Both the position numbers and the translations under genes were made by a program. 64,000 nucleotides of DNA from Alistipes shahii (GTDB lineage: Bacteria > Bacillota_I > Bacilli_A > RFN20 > CAG-826): contig CAVBUY010000003.1 in assembly GCA_963598795.1 (NCBI GenBank), positions 31,198-95,197 on the forward strand, read 5' to 3'. Position 1 is the first letter of the stretch; the number at the start of each line of letters is the position of its first letter. A model generated the notes under the pieces. It did not search any database. It was not told the DNA's origin and saw only the letters and a program-made list of their open reading frames with translations. Below are positions 55,172 through 64,000 of this stretch, in pieces.

Positions 55172-55185
55172 GTTGAGGAAAACAT

Positions 55186-56565
55186 ATGTCCAATAAATTC
55201 GAATTCGAGAAAATAACCCAGCATTTGCAAAATACCGGTTATGTCTTCCCTGGCAGCGCCATTTATGGCGGTTTGGCCAATACTTGGGATTACGGCCCAT
55301 TGGGCTCTGAGTTAAAACGCAACCTCAAGGCTTTTTGGTGGAAGAAATTCGTCCAAGAATCCCCGACAAACGTCGGCATCGACGCGGCTATATTGATGAA
55401 CCCGAAAGTATGGGAGGCCACTGGCCACGTTTCGACTTTCAATGACCCGATGTGCGATTGCAAGGCCTGTCACGCCCGCCATCGCGCCGACAATCTCATC
55501 GAAAGCCAATACCCGGACGCCGATGTCGAGGGAATGACTTTCGAAGAAATGGACAAATTCATCCATAGCCACGAAGTCAAATGCCCAAATTGCGGCAAAT
55601 CCGATTTCACTCCGATTCGCAAATTCAACATGATGTTCAAAACCCATATCGGGGTGACGGAAGATAGCTCTTCCGTGGTCTATCTCCGCCCGGAGACCGC
55701 CCAAGGGGTTTTCACCAATTTCAAAGCGGTGCAACGCGCCACCAGAAAGAAACTTCCTTTTGGCATCTGCAACGCCGGCAAATCCTTCAGAAATGAGATC
55801 ACCCCGGGCAATTTCACTTTCCGCACCCGCGAATTCGAGCAAATGGAAATGGAATTCTTCTGCAAGCCCGGAACCGATTTGGAATGGTTTGCCTATTGGA
55901 AGAAATATTGCCTCAAATTCGTCGAATCCTTGGGCATAAAGGAAGAAAACCTCCGCTTCAGGGATCACGAAGCCGCCGAATTGGCTTTCTATTCCAAAGC
56001 CACGACCGACGTTGAATATGATTTCCCGACCTTGGGCTGGGGAGAGATATTGGGCGTTGCCGACAGAACCGATTACGATTTGGGACGCCATCAAGAATAT
56101 AGCAAGCAAGATCTAACCTATTTCGATCCAGAAACCAACGAAAGGTATTTGCCTTACGTCATCGAACCATCCATGGGCTTGGACAGATTGATGTTAATGA
56201 CCATGGTCGACGCCTATGACGAAGAGACGTTGGAAGGCGGGGACGTTAGGACCGTCATGCACCTTAATCCGGGATTAGCCCCTTATAAAGTCGCCATCTT
56301 GCCTTTGTCCAAGAAATTGGAAGAGAAGGCAACGGAAGTGTTGAACATCCTAAATAAACGCCTTTCTTGCACATACGACGTGACCGGATCCATCGGCAAG
56401 AGATACCGTCGCCAAGACGAGATAGGCACCCCTTATTGCGTAACGGTGGACTTCCAAACCTTGGAAGATCAGACCGTCACCATTAGGGACAGAGATTCCA
56501 TGAAGCAAATAAGAATGGGAATAACCGAGCTTAAGGATTATTTCTCAGTCAAGTGTTTCATGTAA
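55186..56565 (+). CDS. glyQS: glycine--tRNA ligase (single-chain class II, dimeric type)
   Basis: 459 aa with [23 protein letters not shown], the [25 protein letters not shown] motif-2 region, and GLDRL. Confidence 0.93.
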   Translation: MSNKFEFEKITQHLQNTGYVFPGSAIYGGLANTWDYGPLGSELKRNLKAFWWKKFVQESPTNVGIDAAILMNPKVWEATGHVSTFNDPMCDCKACHARHRADNLIESQYPDADVEGMTFEEMDKFIHSHEVKCPNCGKSDFTPIRKFNMMFKTHIGVTEDSSSVVYLRPETAQGVFTNFKAVQRATRKKLPFGICNAGKSFRNEITPGNFTFRTREFEQMEMEFFCKPGTDLEWFAYWKKYCLKFVESLGIKEENLRFRDHEAAELAFYSKATTDVEYDFPTLGWGEILGVADRTDYDLGRHQEYSKQDLTYFDPETNERYLPYVIEPSMGLDRLMLMTMVDAYDEETLEGGDVRTVMHLNPGLAPYKVAILPLSKKLEEKATEVLNILNKRLSCTYDVTGSIGKRYRRQDEIGTPYCVTVDFQTLEDQTVTIRDRDSMKQIRMGITELKDYFSVKCFM

Positions 56566-56592
56566 TATCGATTAGTAGTTTTATAGTTATTT

Positions 56593-56614
56593 CCATATTA
56601 ATTTATTAATATGG
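56593..56614. other. 22-bp perfect palindrome just upstream of the dnaG RBS
   Basis: ccatattaat-tt-attaatatgg. Confidence 0.8.
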
Positions 56615-56630
56615 TGGAAAGGAGGAAAAA

Positions 56631-58451
56631 ATGGCATATCCTAGAGATTTGATTGATGATTTGCTTAAATCTTGCGATATAGTGAACGTTATTTCCTCCT
56701 ATATCAACGTCATTCAGAAAGGCCGTTCATACGTTGCCATTTGCCCATTCCATGACGATAGCAACCCATCCTTGAACATTTCCAAAGAAAAGCAAATATA
56801 CAAATGCTTTTCCTGCGGGGCGGGCGGAAACGCCATAACATTCATAGAGAAATACGAAAAGATCTCCTTTTCCGAGGCGGTTAAAAAATTGGCTTCCCTA
56901 ATCGGATATGCGGATCCGAGATTGGAAAAGGAATATGTCGAAAAGAAGGTGGACGCCGATTTGGTGCCGCTATATAAATGCATCAACGACCTTCAGAACT
57001 TCTATCGATATGGGCTTTCAACCACTGAAGGGAAGGCAGCCAAAGAGTATCTGAAAAACAGAAATATCGACGATGATATCGCGGAAACGTTCAAAATCGG
57101 CTATTCGTTGCTAGATGGGGAAAAGACCGTCCAATTCCTCCAAGCCAAAGGACATTCTTTAAAAAGCATAGAAGATATCGGGATAGCTTTAGCCAAAGCC
57201 AAAGGGACTTCCGATTCCAACGCCGGAAGGCTCATCTTCCCCTTATTCGACCATGACGGGCAAGTTGTTGGCTTCTCCGCCAGAAGGATAAAAGATGACG
57301 ATAGCAGCAAATATATAAATTCGCCCGAGACCAAGATATTCCACAAAAGCGATGTCTTATATAACTACAACAATGCCAAAAACACCGCCAGACATGACGG
57401 ATACATATATGTTTTGGAAGGATTCATGGACGTTATCGCCCTCCATCGTTGCGGAATCGATTCCGCCGTGGCGGTAATGGGAACCAATCTAAGCGACAAA
57501 CACATCGAAATGCTAAGGCGTCTAAGATGCGAAATCAGGCTTTGCCTGGACGGGGACGACCCCGGCCAAATCGGCATGATGAAGATGGCTCAAAAGCTTT
57601 TCAAGGCCAAAATCCCCTTTAGGGTTGTCAATAACCCCAACGACAAGAGGGATCCGGATGATATTTTGCAAGATGACGGGCCGGAAAAACTGAAAGAGAT
57701 GATGAATCATCTAACCGACCCCTTCACCTTCCAAATGAACTATTATCTGAACGTCAAGCCGATAAATAGTTCGGAAGATAGGGAAAAGGTCCTCAGGTAT
57801 TTCATCCCTTATCTAAATAGCATCCCAGTCGGATTGGAAAGGGAAAATTATATCGTCAAGCTTTCCAAGATAACCGGTTTCGAGCCGGATGTGATAAGAG
57901 GCGAGATAAATAAGGAATCCATTTCCGAAAATGAAGAAACCATCACCCCCATCGGAAAGTCTTATCGAAAGATAAAACCTCAAAAGCAAGGGGCTTTGGA
58001 AAACGCCGAGCGTTTGATGCTCTACTATATGCTCCATAATCGAGAAGCGGTGGAATTCTTTGTAAAAAGCATCGATAGCTTCTATAACGAGACCTATCAA
58101 ACCATCGCCAACTTCATCATCGAATACGAGAACGAGAGGCAAACGGACATCGAGATATCGCTGCTCTTAAGCGACATCGAGTCCCAAGGACTAGACAACA
58201 CCGAGGAATTAAGGAACATCGCGACGATATTATCCGAAGACACCAGCTATCCTCCGTTTAATTACGAGACGATAGAAAACTGCGCCAGGACGATAAGAAG
58301 CGAAAAAGACAAGAAATACGAAAAAACCAAGCTAAACGACAGTTTGTTGGGAAAAAGCAAAGACGAACAAGCCGAGCTATATAACGAAAAACTCAAAGAA
58401 AAGAGAAAAAGATTGGCCCAAGGAGCCATAGAAAGGAAGAAACATGGCTAA
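56631..58451 (+). CDS. dnaG: DNA primase
   Basis: Zinc ribbon [24 protein letters not shown] and TOPRIM (EGFMDVI ... DGDDPG). Confidence 0.92.
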   Translation: MAYPRDLIDDLLKSCDIVNVISSYINVIQKGRSYVAICPFHDDSNPSLNISKEKQIYKCFSCGAGGNAITFIEKYEKISFSEAVKKLASLIGYADPRLEKEYVEKKVDADLVPLYKCINDLQNFYRYGLSTTEGKAAKEYLKNRNIDDDIAETFKIGYSLLDGEKTVQFLQAKGHSLKSIEDIGIALAKAKGTSDSNAGRLIFPLFDHDGQVVGFSARRIKDDDSSKYINSPETKIFHKSDVLYNYNNAKNTARHDGYIYVLEGFMDVIALHRCGIDSAVAVMGTNLSDKHIEMLRRLRCEIRLCLDGDDPGQIGMMKMAQKLFKAKIPFRVVNNPNDKRDPDDILQDDGPEKLKEMMNHLTDPFTFQMNYYLNVKPINSSEDREKVLRYFIPYLNSIPVGLERENYIVKLSKITGFEPDVIRGEINKESISENEETITPIGKSYRKIKPQKQGALENAERLMLYYMLHNREAVEFFVKSIDSFYNETYQTIANFIIEYENERQTDIEISLLLSDIESQGLDNTEELRNIATILSEDTSYPPFNYETIENCARTIRSEKDKKYEKTKLNDSLLGKSKDEQAELYNEKLKEKRKRLAQGAIERKKHG

Positions 58452-59805
58452 AGAAAAGAAAGAGAAAACCGCGGTTATAAAAGAAGAAGCGGAAAAAGAA
58501 ACGAAAGAGACAAAGAAAGCCGCCAAACCAAAGGCGAAAAAAGAAACCAAAGTAGAGAAAAACGACGATTCTGAGCTTTCTTTCGATATGTCCGAGGAAG
58601 ACGGGGAGGAATTGGAACTCTTCGAGAAGCTCAAAAAGGAATTCCTAAAGAAAGGCAAAGCCAATGGGTCGATCGACCAAGACGAATTGTTGGAGGCCAC
58701 TTCCAAATTCGACATGTCCGACGAAGACGTCGAACAATTGATCGCCTTTTTCGCCGAGAACAACATCAAAGTGAACTCCGAGGAAGACGAACCGGATTTG
58801 GACAACGTCGAATTCTCCGAAGATTCGATGAGCGAGGAAGACGATTTGGACGACGACATCGAATTGAATGACAAAGAAAGCGAAGAGATAGCCGAAATCG
58901 ACGATTTCTCCAAAATCCAGCCGGGCGAGGTCAAAGTCAACGACTCCGTGAAGATGTATCTTAGGGAAATCGGCAAAGTCGATTTGCTGACCGCCCAACA
59001 AGAAACGGAATTGGCCAAGCGCATCGCGGAAGGTGATGAAGAAGCCAAAAAGGAACTTATTACCGCCAACCTCCGTTTGGTCATTTCCATCGCCAAGCAT
59101 TACGTCGGACGCGGAATGCATTTCTTGGATTTGATCCAGGAAGGTAACATGGGCCTTATCAAAGCGGTGGAAAAATTCGATTACACCAAAGGATTCAAAT
59201 TCTCCACTTATGCCACTTGGTGGATTAGGCAAGCCATAACCCGTGCCATCGCCGACCAAGCCAGAACCATCCGTATCCCGGTTCATATGGTCGAAACCAT
59301 CAACAAGATGACCAGGGTTCAAAGGACTTTGGTTCAGGAATTGGGCAGAGACCCAACGGCCGAAGAAATATCCGAAAGAATGGATGGCGCCCTCTCTCCC
59401 GAACGCATCAGGGAAATACAGCGCATCGCCTTGGAACCAGTCTCTTTGGAAACCCCTATAGGCGAGGAAGACGATTCGCATTTGGGAGATTTCATCGAAG
59501 ACAAATCCGCCCAATCCCCGGAAGAATACACCACCAAATCCTTGCTTAAGGATGAATTGTACGAAATCATGAAGGATCTTACCGAACGCGAGGAACGCGT
59601 CTTGCGCTTGCGTTATGGCTTGGACGACAACCGCCCCAGAACCTTGGAGGAAGTCGGCCAGGAATTCGGCGTCACCAGGGAACGCATCCGTCAGATCGAA
59701 GCCAAGGCTATCCGCAAGCTCCGTCACCCGACCAGAGTCAAAAAGCTCGGAGATTATAGGGAAGTCGTCAACTTCTCCGGTCCAGATACCCATGGCAATA
59801 AATGA
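58444..59805 (+). CDS. rpoD: primary RNA polymerase sigma factor (SigA/RpoD) with long acidic/lysine-rich N-terminal region
   Basis: Regions 2-4: [56 protein letters not shown]. 8-nt overlap with dnaG. Confidence 0.95.
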   Translation: MAKEKKEKTAVIKEEAEKETKETKKAAKPKAKKETKVEKNDDSELSFDMSEEDGEELELFEKLKKEFLKKGKANGSIDQDELLEATSKFDMSDEDVEQLIAFFAENNIKVNSEEDEPDLDNVEFSEDSMSEEDDLDDDIELNDKESEEIAEIDDFSKIQPGEVKVNDSVKMYLREIGKVDLLTAQQETELAKRIAEGDEEAKKELITANLRLVISIAKHYVGRGMHFLDLIQEGNMGLIKAVEKFDYTKGFKFSTYATWWIRQAITRAIADQARTIRIPVHMVETINKMTRVQRTLVQELGRDPTAEEISERMDGALSPERIREIQRIALEPVSLETPIGEEDDSHLGDFIEDKSAQSPEEYTTKSLLKDELYEIMKDLTEREERVLRLRYGLDDNRPRTLEEVGQEFGVTRERIRQIEAKAIRKLRHPTRVKKLGDYREVVNFSGPDTHGNK

Positions 59806-60473
59806 AGAATCTCTCTTTTAGATTAGCTAAAATCGCTTCTTTCGTCGACGAAGGCTCTTTCGTGGCGGACGTTGGAAGCGATCACGGAGCTTTGCCGATA
59901 TATCTTATAAATTCCGGCAAAGTGCCATTTGTCGAAGCCATAGAAAACAAAAAAGGCCCTTTCGAAAGGCTTAAGAAAGCGGTGGAGGAAAACGTTTTGG
60001 AGAAAGAGAAAATCCTCCTTTCCCTATCTTCCGGTTTAAGCGACTTAGATGAGAGAATAAACGAAGTCGTCATCGCCGGAATGGGAGGGAAGCTCATTTC
60101 CTCTTTATTGCTTGAACATAAAGAAAAGCTAGAGAACGTCGATATTTTGATTATAGACGCCCATTCGGAATGGGATGTCGTTTTATCGACTTTAGCCTCG
60201 CTTAATTATCAAGTGATAGAAGAATCGTTCTTTTTCGAATCCGATGTTTTCTATTCCGTTTGGAAGGCTAAAAAAAGCAAAGAGAAGGTTAGTTATTCTA
60301 AAGCGGAGATGCTTTTCGGACCCATTGAAAGCCATAGAAAAGGCAAAGACTGGCAGAGATTTGCCTTGATAAAAGAGAAACAATGGAAAGAGATACTTAA
60401 AAAAGACATCTCCGAGGAAAAGAGAAAAGACATCGAAGAAAAGCTTTCATTGCTTATGGAGGGAAGAAAATGA
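59802..60473 (+). CDS. trmK: tRNA (adenine22-N1)-methyltransferase
   Basis: [16 protein letters not shown] motif, position after sigA as in Bacilli, and ATGA overlap. Confidence 0.8.
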   Translation: MKNLSFRLAKIASFVDEGSFVADVGSDHGALPIYLINSGKVPFVEAIENKKGPFERLKKAVEENVLEKEKILLSLSSGLSDLDERINEVVIAGMGGKLISSLLLEHKEKLENVDILIIDAHSEWDVVLSTLASLNYQVIEESFFFESDVFYSVWKAKKSKEKVSYSKAEMLFGPIESHRKGKDWQRFALIKEKQWKEILKKDISEEKRKDIEEKLSLLMEGRK

Positions 60474-61234
60474 AGACCCGTTCCTTGATAAAAAAACTAG
60501 GCGACAAATTCCCCAAAAAGACCGCGGAATTCTATGACCATCCAGGATTGCAAGTCGGCCACTTTAAAGAAGAAACCGCCAAAATACTATTATGTTTGGA
60601 TTTTGACGACGAAGTTTTGCCTTACGTTTTATCTTTTAAGCCAGACATGATAATCACCCATCACCCATTCATTTTCGGAAAGAAGAAAATGGTCCTTTCC
60701 AATGACAAGGTGAAAGCCGCGCTTTATGAGAAAATGGAAAAGCTTGATATCCCCATTATGTCTTATCACACCAATTTCGATTTGGGGAAAGACGGGATGA
60801 ACGACGCTTTGGCGGAATTATTGGAGTTGGAAGATATAAAACCTTTGGAAACCGCCCCAATGGCCCGCGGAGGGAAATTGAAACGCCCAATGGATGTTCA
60901 TTCCTTTGCTAAATTCGCCAAAAAGGCCTTTAAGGTCGATTACGGCTTATTGATCGCTAATGGAAAGAAAACCATAGAAAGTGTCGCCATAATCGGAGGA
61001 GGAGGCTCAAGGGAATATATATCGGCCATGAATGAAGGATACGACATATATATATCCGGGGACGCCCCTCACCATTGCCGCCGGGAAATAGTCCTCAACC
61101 ATTACGATTATTTGGATTTCCCCCACGAAATCGAACATGTTTTCATGGACAAAATGGAAAAAATCCTTTTGGGAATGGATCCAAGCTTAGAAATAATGAA
61201 AGTCGATCACGAAAAGCTTCCGGAAGTGATTTAA
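60470..61234 (+). CDS. Nif3-like dinuclear metal centre protein (YqfO family)
   Basis: ITHHPFIF, SYHTNFD and GDAPHH motifs. Confidence 0.85.
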   Translation: MKTRSLIKKLGDKFPKKTAEFYDHPGLQVGHFKEETAKILLCLDFDDEVLPYVLSFKPDMIITHHPFIFGKKKMVLSNDKVKAALYEKMEKLDIPIMSYHTNFDLGKDGMNDALAELLELEDIKPLETAPMARGGKLKRPMDVHSFAKFAKKAFKVDYGLLIANGKKTIESVAIIGGGGSREYISAMNEGYDIYISGDAPHHCRREIVLNHYDYLDFPHEIEHVFMDKMEKILLGMDPSLEIMKVDHEKLPEVI

Positions 61235-62076
61235 AGACTTCTTAGATAATCTTCTATTTCTTCATAAGTGGCCTTAGAGGAGCTCGCCCCAGAGCATAAG
61301 GCCGCTTTTTTGTATTTTTTCAAATCTTTCTTTTTTAGTTCGCCTACGTCCAAAACTTGGATCACATCGGCGTTTTTATGATATTTCTTGGCTAAATATG
61401 CAAGTCTTGAGGTATTGGATGATTCTTTGGAACCTATAATAATGAACAAATCGATAGAAGAATCGGCCTTTATTATGGTCTCTTGCCTTAAAATGCTGGA
61501 AGGGCACCTGCCGGAAAGAGAGACGATATTCGGATTTATCGCCTTTAGCTTTTCGAATATCTCTAGATATTGGTCTTCGTCTAAGCTTGTTTGAGATATG
61601 GCGTAATCGAAATGACCGATAATCGGTTTTTTGGGATCTATGACGGTGACGTTCCCTATATCTTTGGCAGCCTTTCCTTCCAAATGGTTCTCACTGGCTA
61701 TAAAAGCGACCTTGCCTTTCGCATTTTTCATTTTCTCTAAGTTTGATAAAACGTGCCTACAAGAGGCGTCATAAACCTTAAAACTCTTCTTTTTGGCGAT
61801 TTCATCGTACTTTTCTTTGTTATGCCCATGGGCGGAATAAATAACGATCGACCCATAAGGAAGATTTTCCATTCGCTCTTCCAAAGGGCCATCTCTTTCG
61901 TCGAGGAGCTTAAAACAGTCATTTAGCAAAGGCCTCATTTCCCTGTCGTTATGAATCAAAGACCCAATTAAATAAATGGTTTTCCCTTCGTTTTCCTTTT
62001 TGGCTTTTTCAGTCAAAAGAAAGGCTTTGGTTACGCCTTCGCAAAAACCTTCGGGTGGGAGAGAAACGATTTCCAT
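61231..62076 (-). CDS. ispH: 4-hydroxy-3-methylbut-2-enyl diphosphate reductase
   Basis: GFCEGVTKA, LIHN, YSAHGH and GSKESSNTSRL blocks. Its stop overlaps the convergent nif3 stop (TTAA). Confidence 0.9.
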   Translation of the reverse strand: MEIVSLPPEGFCEGVTKAFLLTEKAKKENEGKTIYLIGSLIHNDREMRPLLNDCFKLLDERDGPLEERMENLPYGSIVIYSAHGHNKEKYDEIAKKKSFKVYDASCRHVLSNLEKMKNAKGKVAFIASENHLEGKAAKDIGNVTVIDPKKPIIGHFDYAISQTSLDEDQYLEIFEKLKAINPNIVSLSGRCPSSILRQETIIKADSSIDLFIIIGSKESSNTSRLAYLAKKYHKNADVIQVLDVGELKKKDLKKYKKAALCSGASSSKATYEEIEDYLRSL

Positions 62077-62098
62077 GTGGCTTATTATACGCCTCGCG

Positions 62099-62127
62099 TT
62101 GCGAGTTTGGCTCTCTTACCCTATAAT
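62099..62127 (+). promoter_or_regulatory. candidate promoter of the DEAD-box helicase gene
   Basis: TTGCGA, 17-nt spacer, TATAAT. The ATG is only 11 nt downstream of the -10 box. Confidence 0.5.
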
Positions 62128-62138
62128 TAACCCCGTTT

Positions 62139-63521
62139 ATGGGAACTTTTGGAGCATTTTCATTATCGAACGAGATGGTACACGCCCTAAATAAAATGGG
62201 CTATGTTTCGCCATCCCCCGTCCAAAGCAACGTCATTCCCAAGGCGCTGAAAGGCAAATCTATTTTGGCTCAATCAGCGACCGGAAGCGGGAAGACGCAC
62301 GCTTTTTTGATTCCCATCATCGAAAAAACCGACGTCAATCTCCCAAGATTACAAAGCGTTATTATCGCCCCAAGCAGGGAATTGGCCCGCCAAATCTACG
62401 AATTTGCCAAAGAATTCACCCGTTTCTACCCGAAATTAAAGATTAGATTATTCACCAGCGAAGCCGAAGTGGCCCAAAACGAAGAAGGACTGTCCGTCCC
62501 CCCTCATATGATCATCGGAACCCCGGGCAGGCTCAAAGACCTTTTGGTCGAAAGGCATTATCTTAGCCTAAATAACGTCAGGACCGTCGTATTGGATGAA
62601 GCGGACATGCTTTTGGAGATGGGATATTTCGAAGATATCGAAGCTTTGTTCCAAACCGAGATGAAAGAACCTCAGATTTTGGTATTTTCCGCCACCTTGA
62701 AGCAATCGCTAAAAGACGAAATACGGCATTTCGTTTCCACGGATTTCCAATTCGAGGCAGAAGACACCGAGACCTCTTCTTTAGTAAGCCATCACTTGGT
62801 GGATATTAAGCATGCTGACAAAAAGGAGGCCTTATTGTCCTTCCTTAAATTAAAAAAGCCGTATTTGTCGATTGTTTTCGCCTCCAAAAAAGAAACGGTG
62901 GACCAAACTTCCAGATTCTTGAAGGAAAACGGCATAGATTGCATCTATTTCACTGGCTCCCTCAGCGATAGGGAAAGAAAGAAAGCTTTAAGGGAGATAA
63001 AAAGCAATAAGTCATCGGTTATCATCGCCTCGGATTTGTTGAGCCGCGGAATGGATATTCCAGACGTTACGGACGTTATAAGTTTGGATCTTCCCAGCGA
63101 TTTGGAATTTTATTTCCATCGTGCCGGAAGAACCGGCAGATTCGACAAAAAAGGCGATAGCTGGGTATTTTATGACGACGATTCCACCTCTTTGCCAAAG
63201 CAATTGATGGAAAGGGGAGTCAAATTCGATTTCTTCATCTTCCGCAACGGAATATTGAAAGAAGACCCGGTGGGGCTTAACAAAAAGACGAAGCTAACGA
63301 AGAAAAAGGCTTTCGAATCCGACGAAGAAAAGAAAGAGATAAAAATCGCCAAAGCCAAGACCCGCGTAAGCAAAGTAAAGCCCGGATATAAGAGGAAAAG
63401 GGATTTCGCCATCGATCAGGTTAAGCATAAATACAAGAGAAAGGCCATCCAAAGGTCGGTCAGAAGGCAATTGGAAGAGAATTACCGCAAAGCCGCCAAA
63501 GCCGCAAACGACGATGAATAA
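62139..63521 (+). CDS. cshB: DEAD-box ATP-dependent RNA helicase (CshB-like by synteny)
   Basis: Q-motif PSPVQ, AQSATGSGKTHAF, DEAD (VLDEADMLL), SAT, HRAGRTGR, and a basic C-terminal tail. Confidence 0.8.
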   Translation: MGTFGAFSLSNEMVHALNKMGYVSPSPVQSNVIPKALKGKSILAQSATGSGKTHAFLIPIIEKTDVNLPRLQSVIIAPSRELARQIYEFAKEFTRFYPKLKIRLFTSEAEVAQNEEGLSVPPHMIIGTPGRLKDLLVERHYLSLNNVRTVVLDEADMLLEMGYFEDIEALFQTEMKEPQILVFSATLKQSLKDEIRHFVSTDFQFEAEDTETSSLVSHHLVDIKHADKKEALLSFLKLKKPYLSIVFASKKETVDQTSRFLKENGIDCIYFTGSLSDRERKKALREIKSNKSSVIIASDLLSRGMDIPDVTDVISLDLPSDLEFYFHRAGRTGRFDKKGDSWVFYDDDSTSLPKQLMERGVKFDFFIFRNGILKEDPVGLNKKTKLTKKKAFESDEEKKEIKIAKAKTRVSKVKPGYKRKRDFAIDQVKHKYKRKAIQRSVRRQLEENYRKAAKAANDDE

Positions 63522-63552
63522 AAAATCGCGATCTAAGGACCGCGATTTTCTT
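63521..63552. terminator. bidirectional terminator between convergent cshB and ispG
   Basis: 9-bp stem aaaatcgcg / cgcgatttt with a 10-nt loop. The A and T runs are part of the arms. Confidence 0.65.
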
Positions 63553-64000
63553 TTAGTTGTTTTTTAGTAATTCCAATTCCTTAAGGAATTGTTCTTTTAT
63601 TTCATTGTCGGGAATTGTTCTTATTGCCTTTCCTTTTTTAAATAAAGTCCAGTTATCTTTCCCTCCGGCAATGCCAATGTCGGCGTCCTTAGCTTCCCCG
63701 ACTCCGTTTACCGGACAACCCATTATGGCGATTTTCTTGTTTATCGGATTTTCCTCGAGATATCTCTCTATTTCGTTTACTAACGGAAGGAGATTCACTT
63801 CTGTCCTTCCGCACGTTGGGCAGGATATGAGGGTAACCCCATCTCTCAAGTTTAAATCGACCAGAAGCCTTTTCTCGGCTTTTATCTCTTCTTTTGGGTC
63901 ATCACTCAACGAAATGCGAATCGTGTCTCCTATGCCTTTTAAAAGCAATGGGGAAAGGGCGGCGACGCTTCTGATTAACCCGATATCTTTCGGACCGGCC
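63553..64000 (-). CDS. ispG: 4-hydroxy-3-methylbut-2-en-1-yl diphosphate synthase, C-terminal part (5' end outside the window)
   Basis: GIGDTIRISLSDDP, Fe-S Cys CPTCGRTE and GCPVNGVGEA. The frame stays open to the window edge (the listed start at 63948 is an internal TTG). Confidence 0.88.
   Translation of the reverse strand, partial: AGPKDIGLIRSVAALSPLLLKGIGDTIRISLSDDPKEEIKAEKRLLVDLNLRDGVTLISCPTCGRTEVNLLPLVNEIERYLEENPINKKIAIMGCPVNGVGEAKDADIGIAGGKDNWTLFKKGKAIRTIPDNEIKEQFLKELELLKNN

Noticed and set aside
55312-56109. 265-aa antisense ORF inside glyQS (similar cases at 3113..3811 in pdp and 41046..41558 in dnaJ)
   Set aside because: Each lies opposite a strongly supported housekeeping gene and has no motifs or translation signals.
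58377-59793. Long antisense ORFs (239 aa and 382 aa) opposite rpoD
   Set aside because: rpoD is unambiguous on the plus strand. The antisense frames are low-complexity by-products of GAA/GAC/AAA-rich coding sequence.
1-64000. Mycoplasma-type genetic code (TGA = Trp)
   Set aside because: TGA terminates several well-delimited genes exactly where homologues end (dtd, fmt, cdd, rpoD), often in ATGA/TGATG coupling. Trp positions use TGG.

Overview
64-kb chromosomal segment of a low/mid-GC Bacillota-type genome, possibly Mollicutes-, Erysipelotrichia- or RF39-like; the lineage cannot be fixed from this window. It uses the standard genetic code: TGA acts as a stop (dtd/mnmA ATGA, cdd/era TGATG, rpoD/trmK ATGA overlaps), so it is not a code-4 Mycoplasma. 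The backbone is housekeeping and, from my recollection of B. subtilis 168 gene order, collinear with comEA-comEC-holA-rpsT ... lepA-hemW-hrcA-grpE-dnaK-dnaJ ... rsmE-mtaB ... rpsU ... ybeY-cdd-era-recO-glyQS-dnaG-sigA-trmK-nif3 ... ispH/cshB/ispG. Accessory DNA sits at the breaks in that order. The main finding is a complete diversity-generating retroelement (DGR) at about 29.15-32.32 kb, inside a 7.7-kb insertion between lepA and hemW. It has a surface-lipoprotein target gene with a 111-bp variable repeat (VR 30404-30514) at its 3' end, an Avd-like four-helix-bundle gene, a template repeat (TR 31039-31149) and a DGR-type reverse transcriptase (LGNQTSQ and YVDD motifs). By hand alignment VR and TR differ at 19 positions. 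Every one is an adenine in TR, and TR carries 14 in-frame AAC codons. Around the DGR are a DUF234-type AAA ATPase, a (CT)8 microsatellite lying in a promoter-like spacer, a small protein with an HEPN-like RxxxxH motif, and a Fic-like protein with a degenerate active site. A second small insertion between hemW and hrcA carries transposase debris and a canonical Fic protein with a Bro-N-like N-terminus. Other notable items:
- a 468-bp IS remnant with perfect 26-bp terminal inverted repeats
- two paralogous DUF4143-type AAA ATPase genes (one frameshifted), each preceded by 32-33-bp-period tandem repeats
- a C39-peptidase/membrane-domain protein with no ABC ATPase
- a RecB-like nuclease fused to a DinG/XPD Fe-S helicase
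- a T-box leader on alaS
- two CIRCE operators on hrcA

No rRNA, tRNA or CRISPR array was seen. All family assignments come from motif recognition by eye, and no database search was run.
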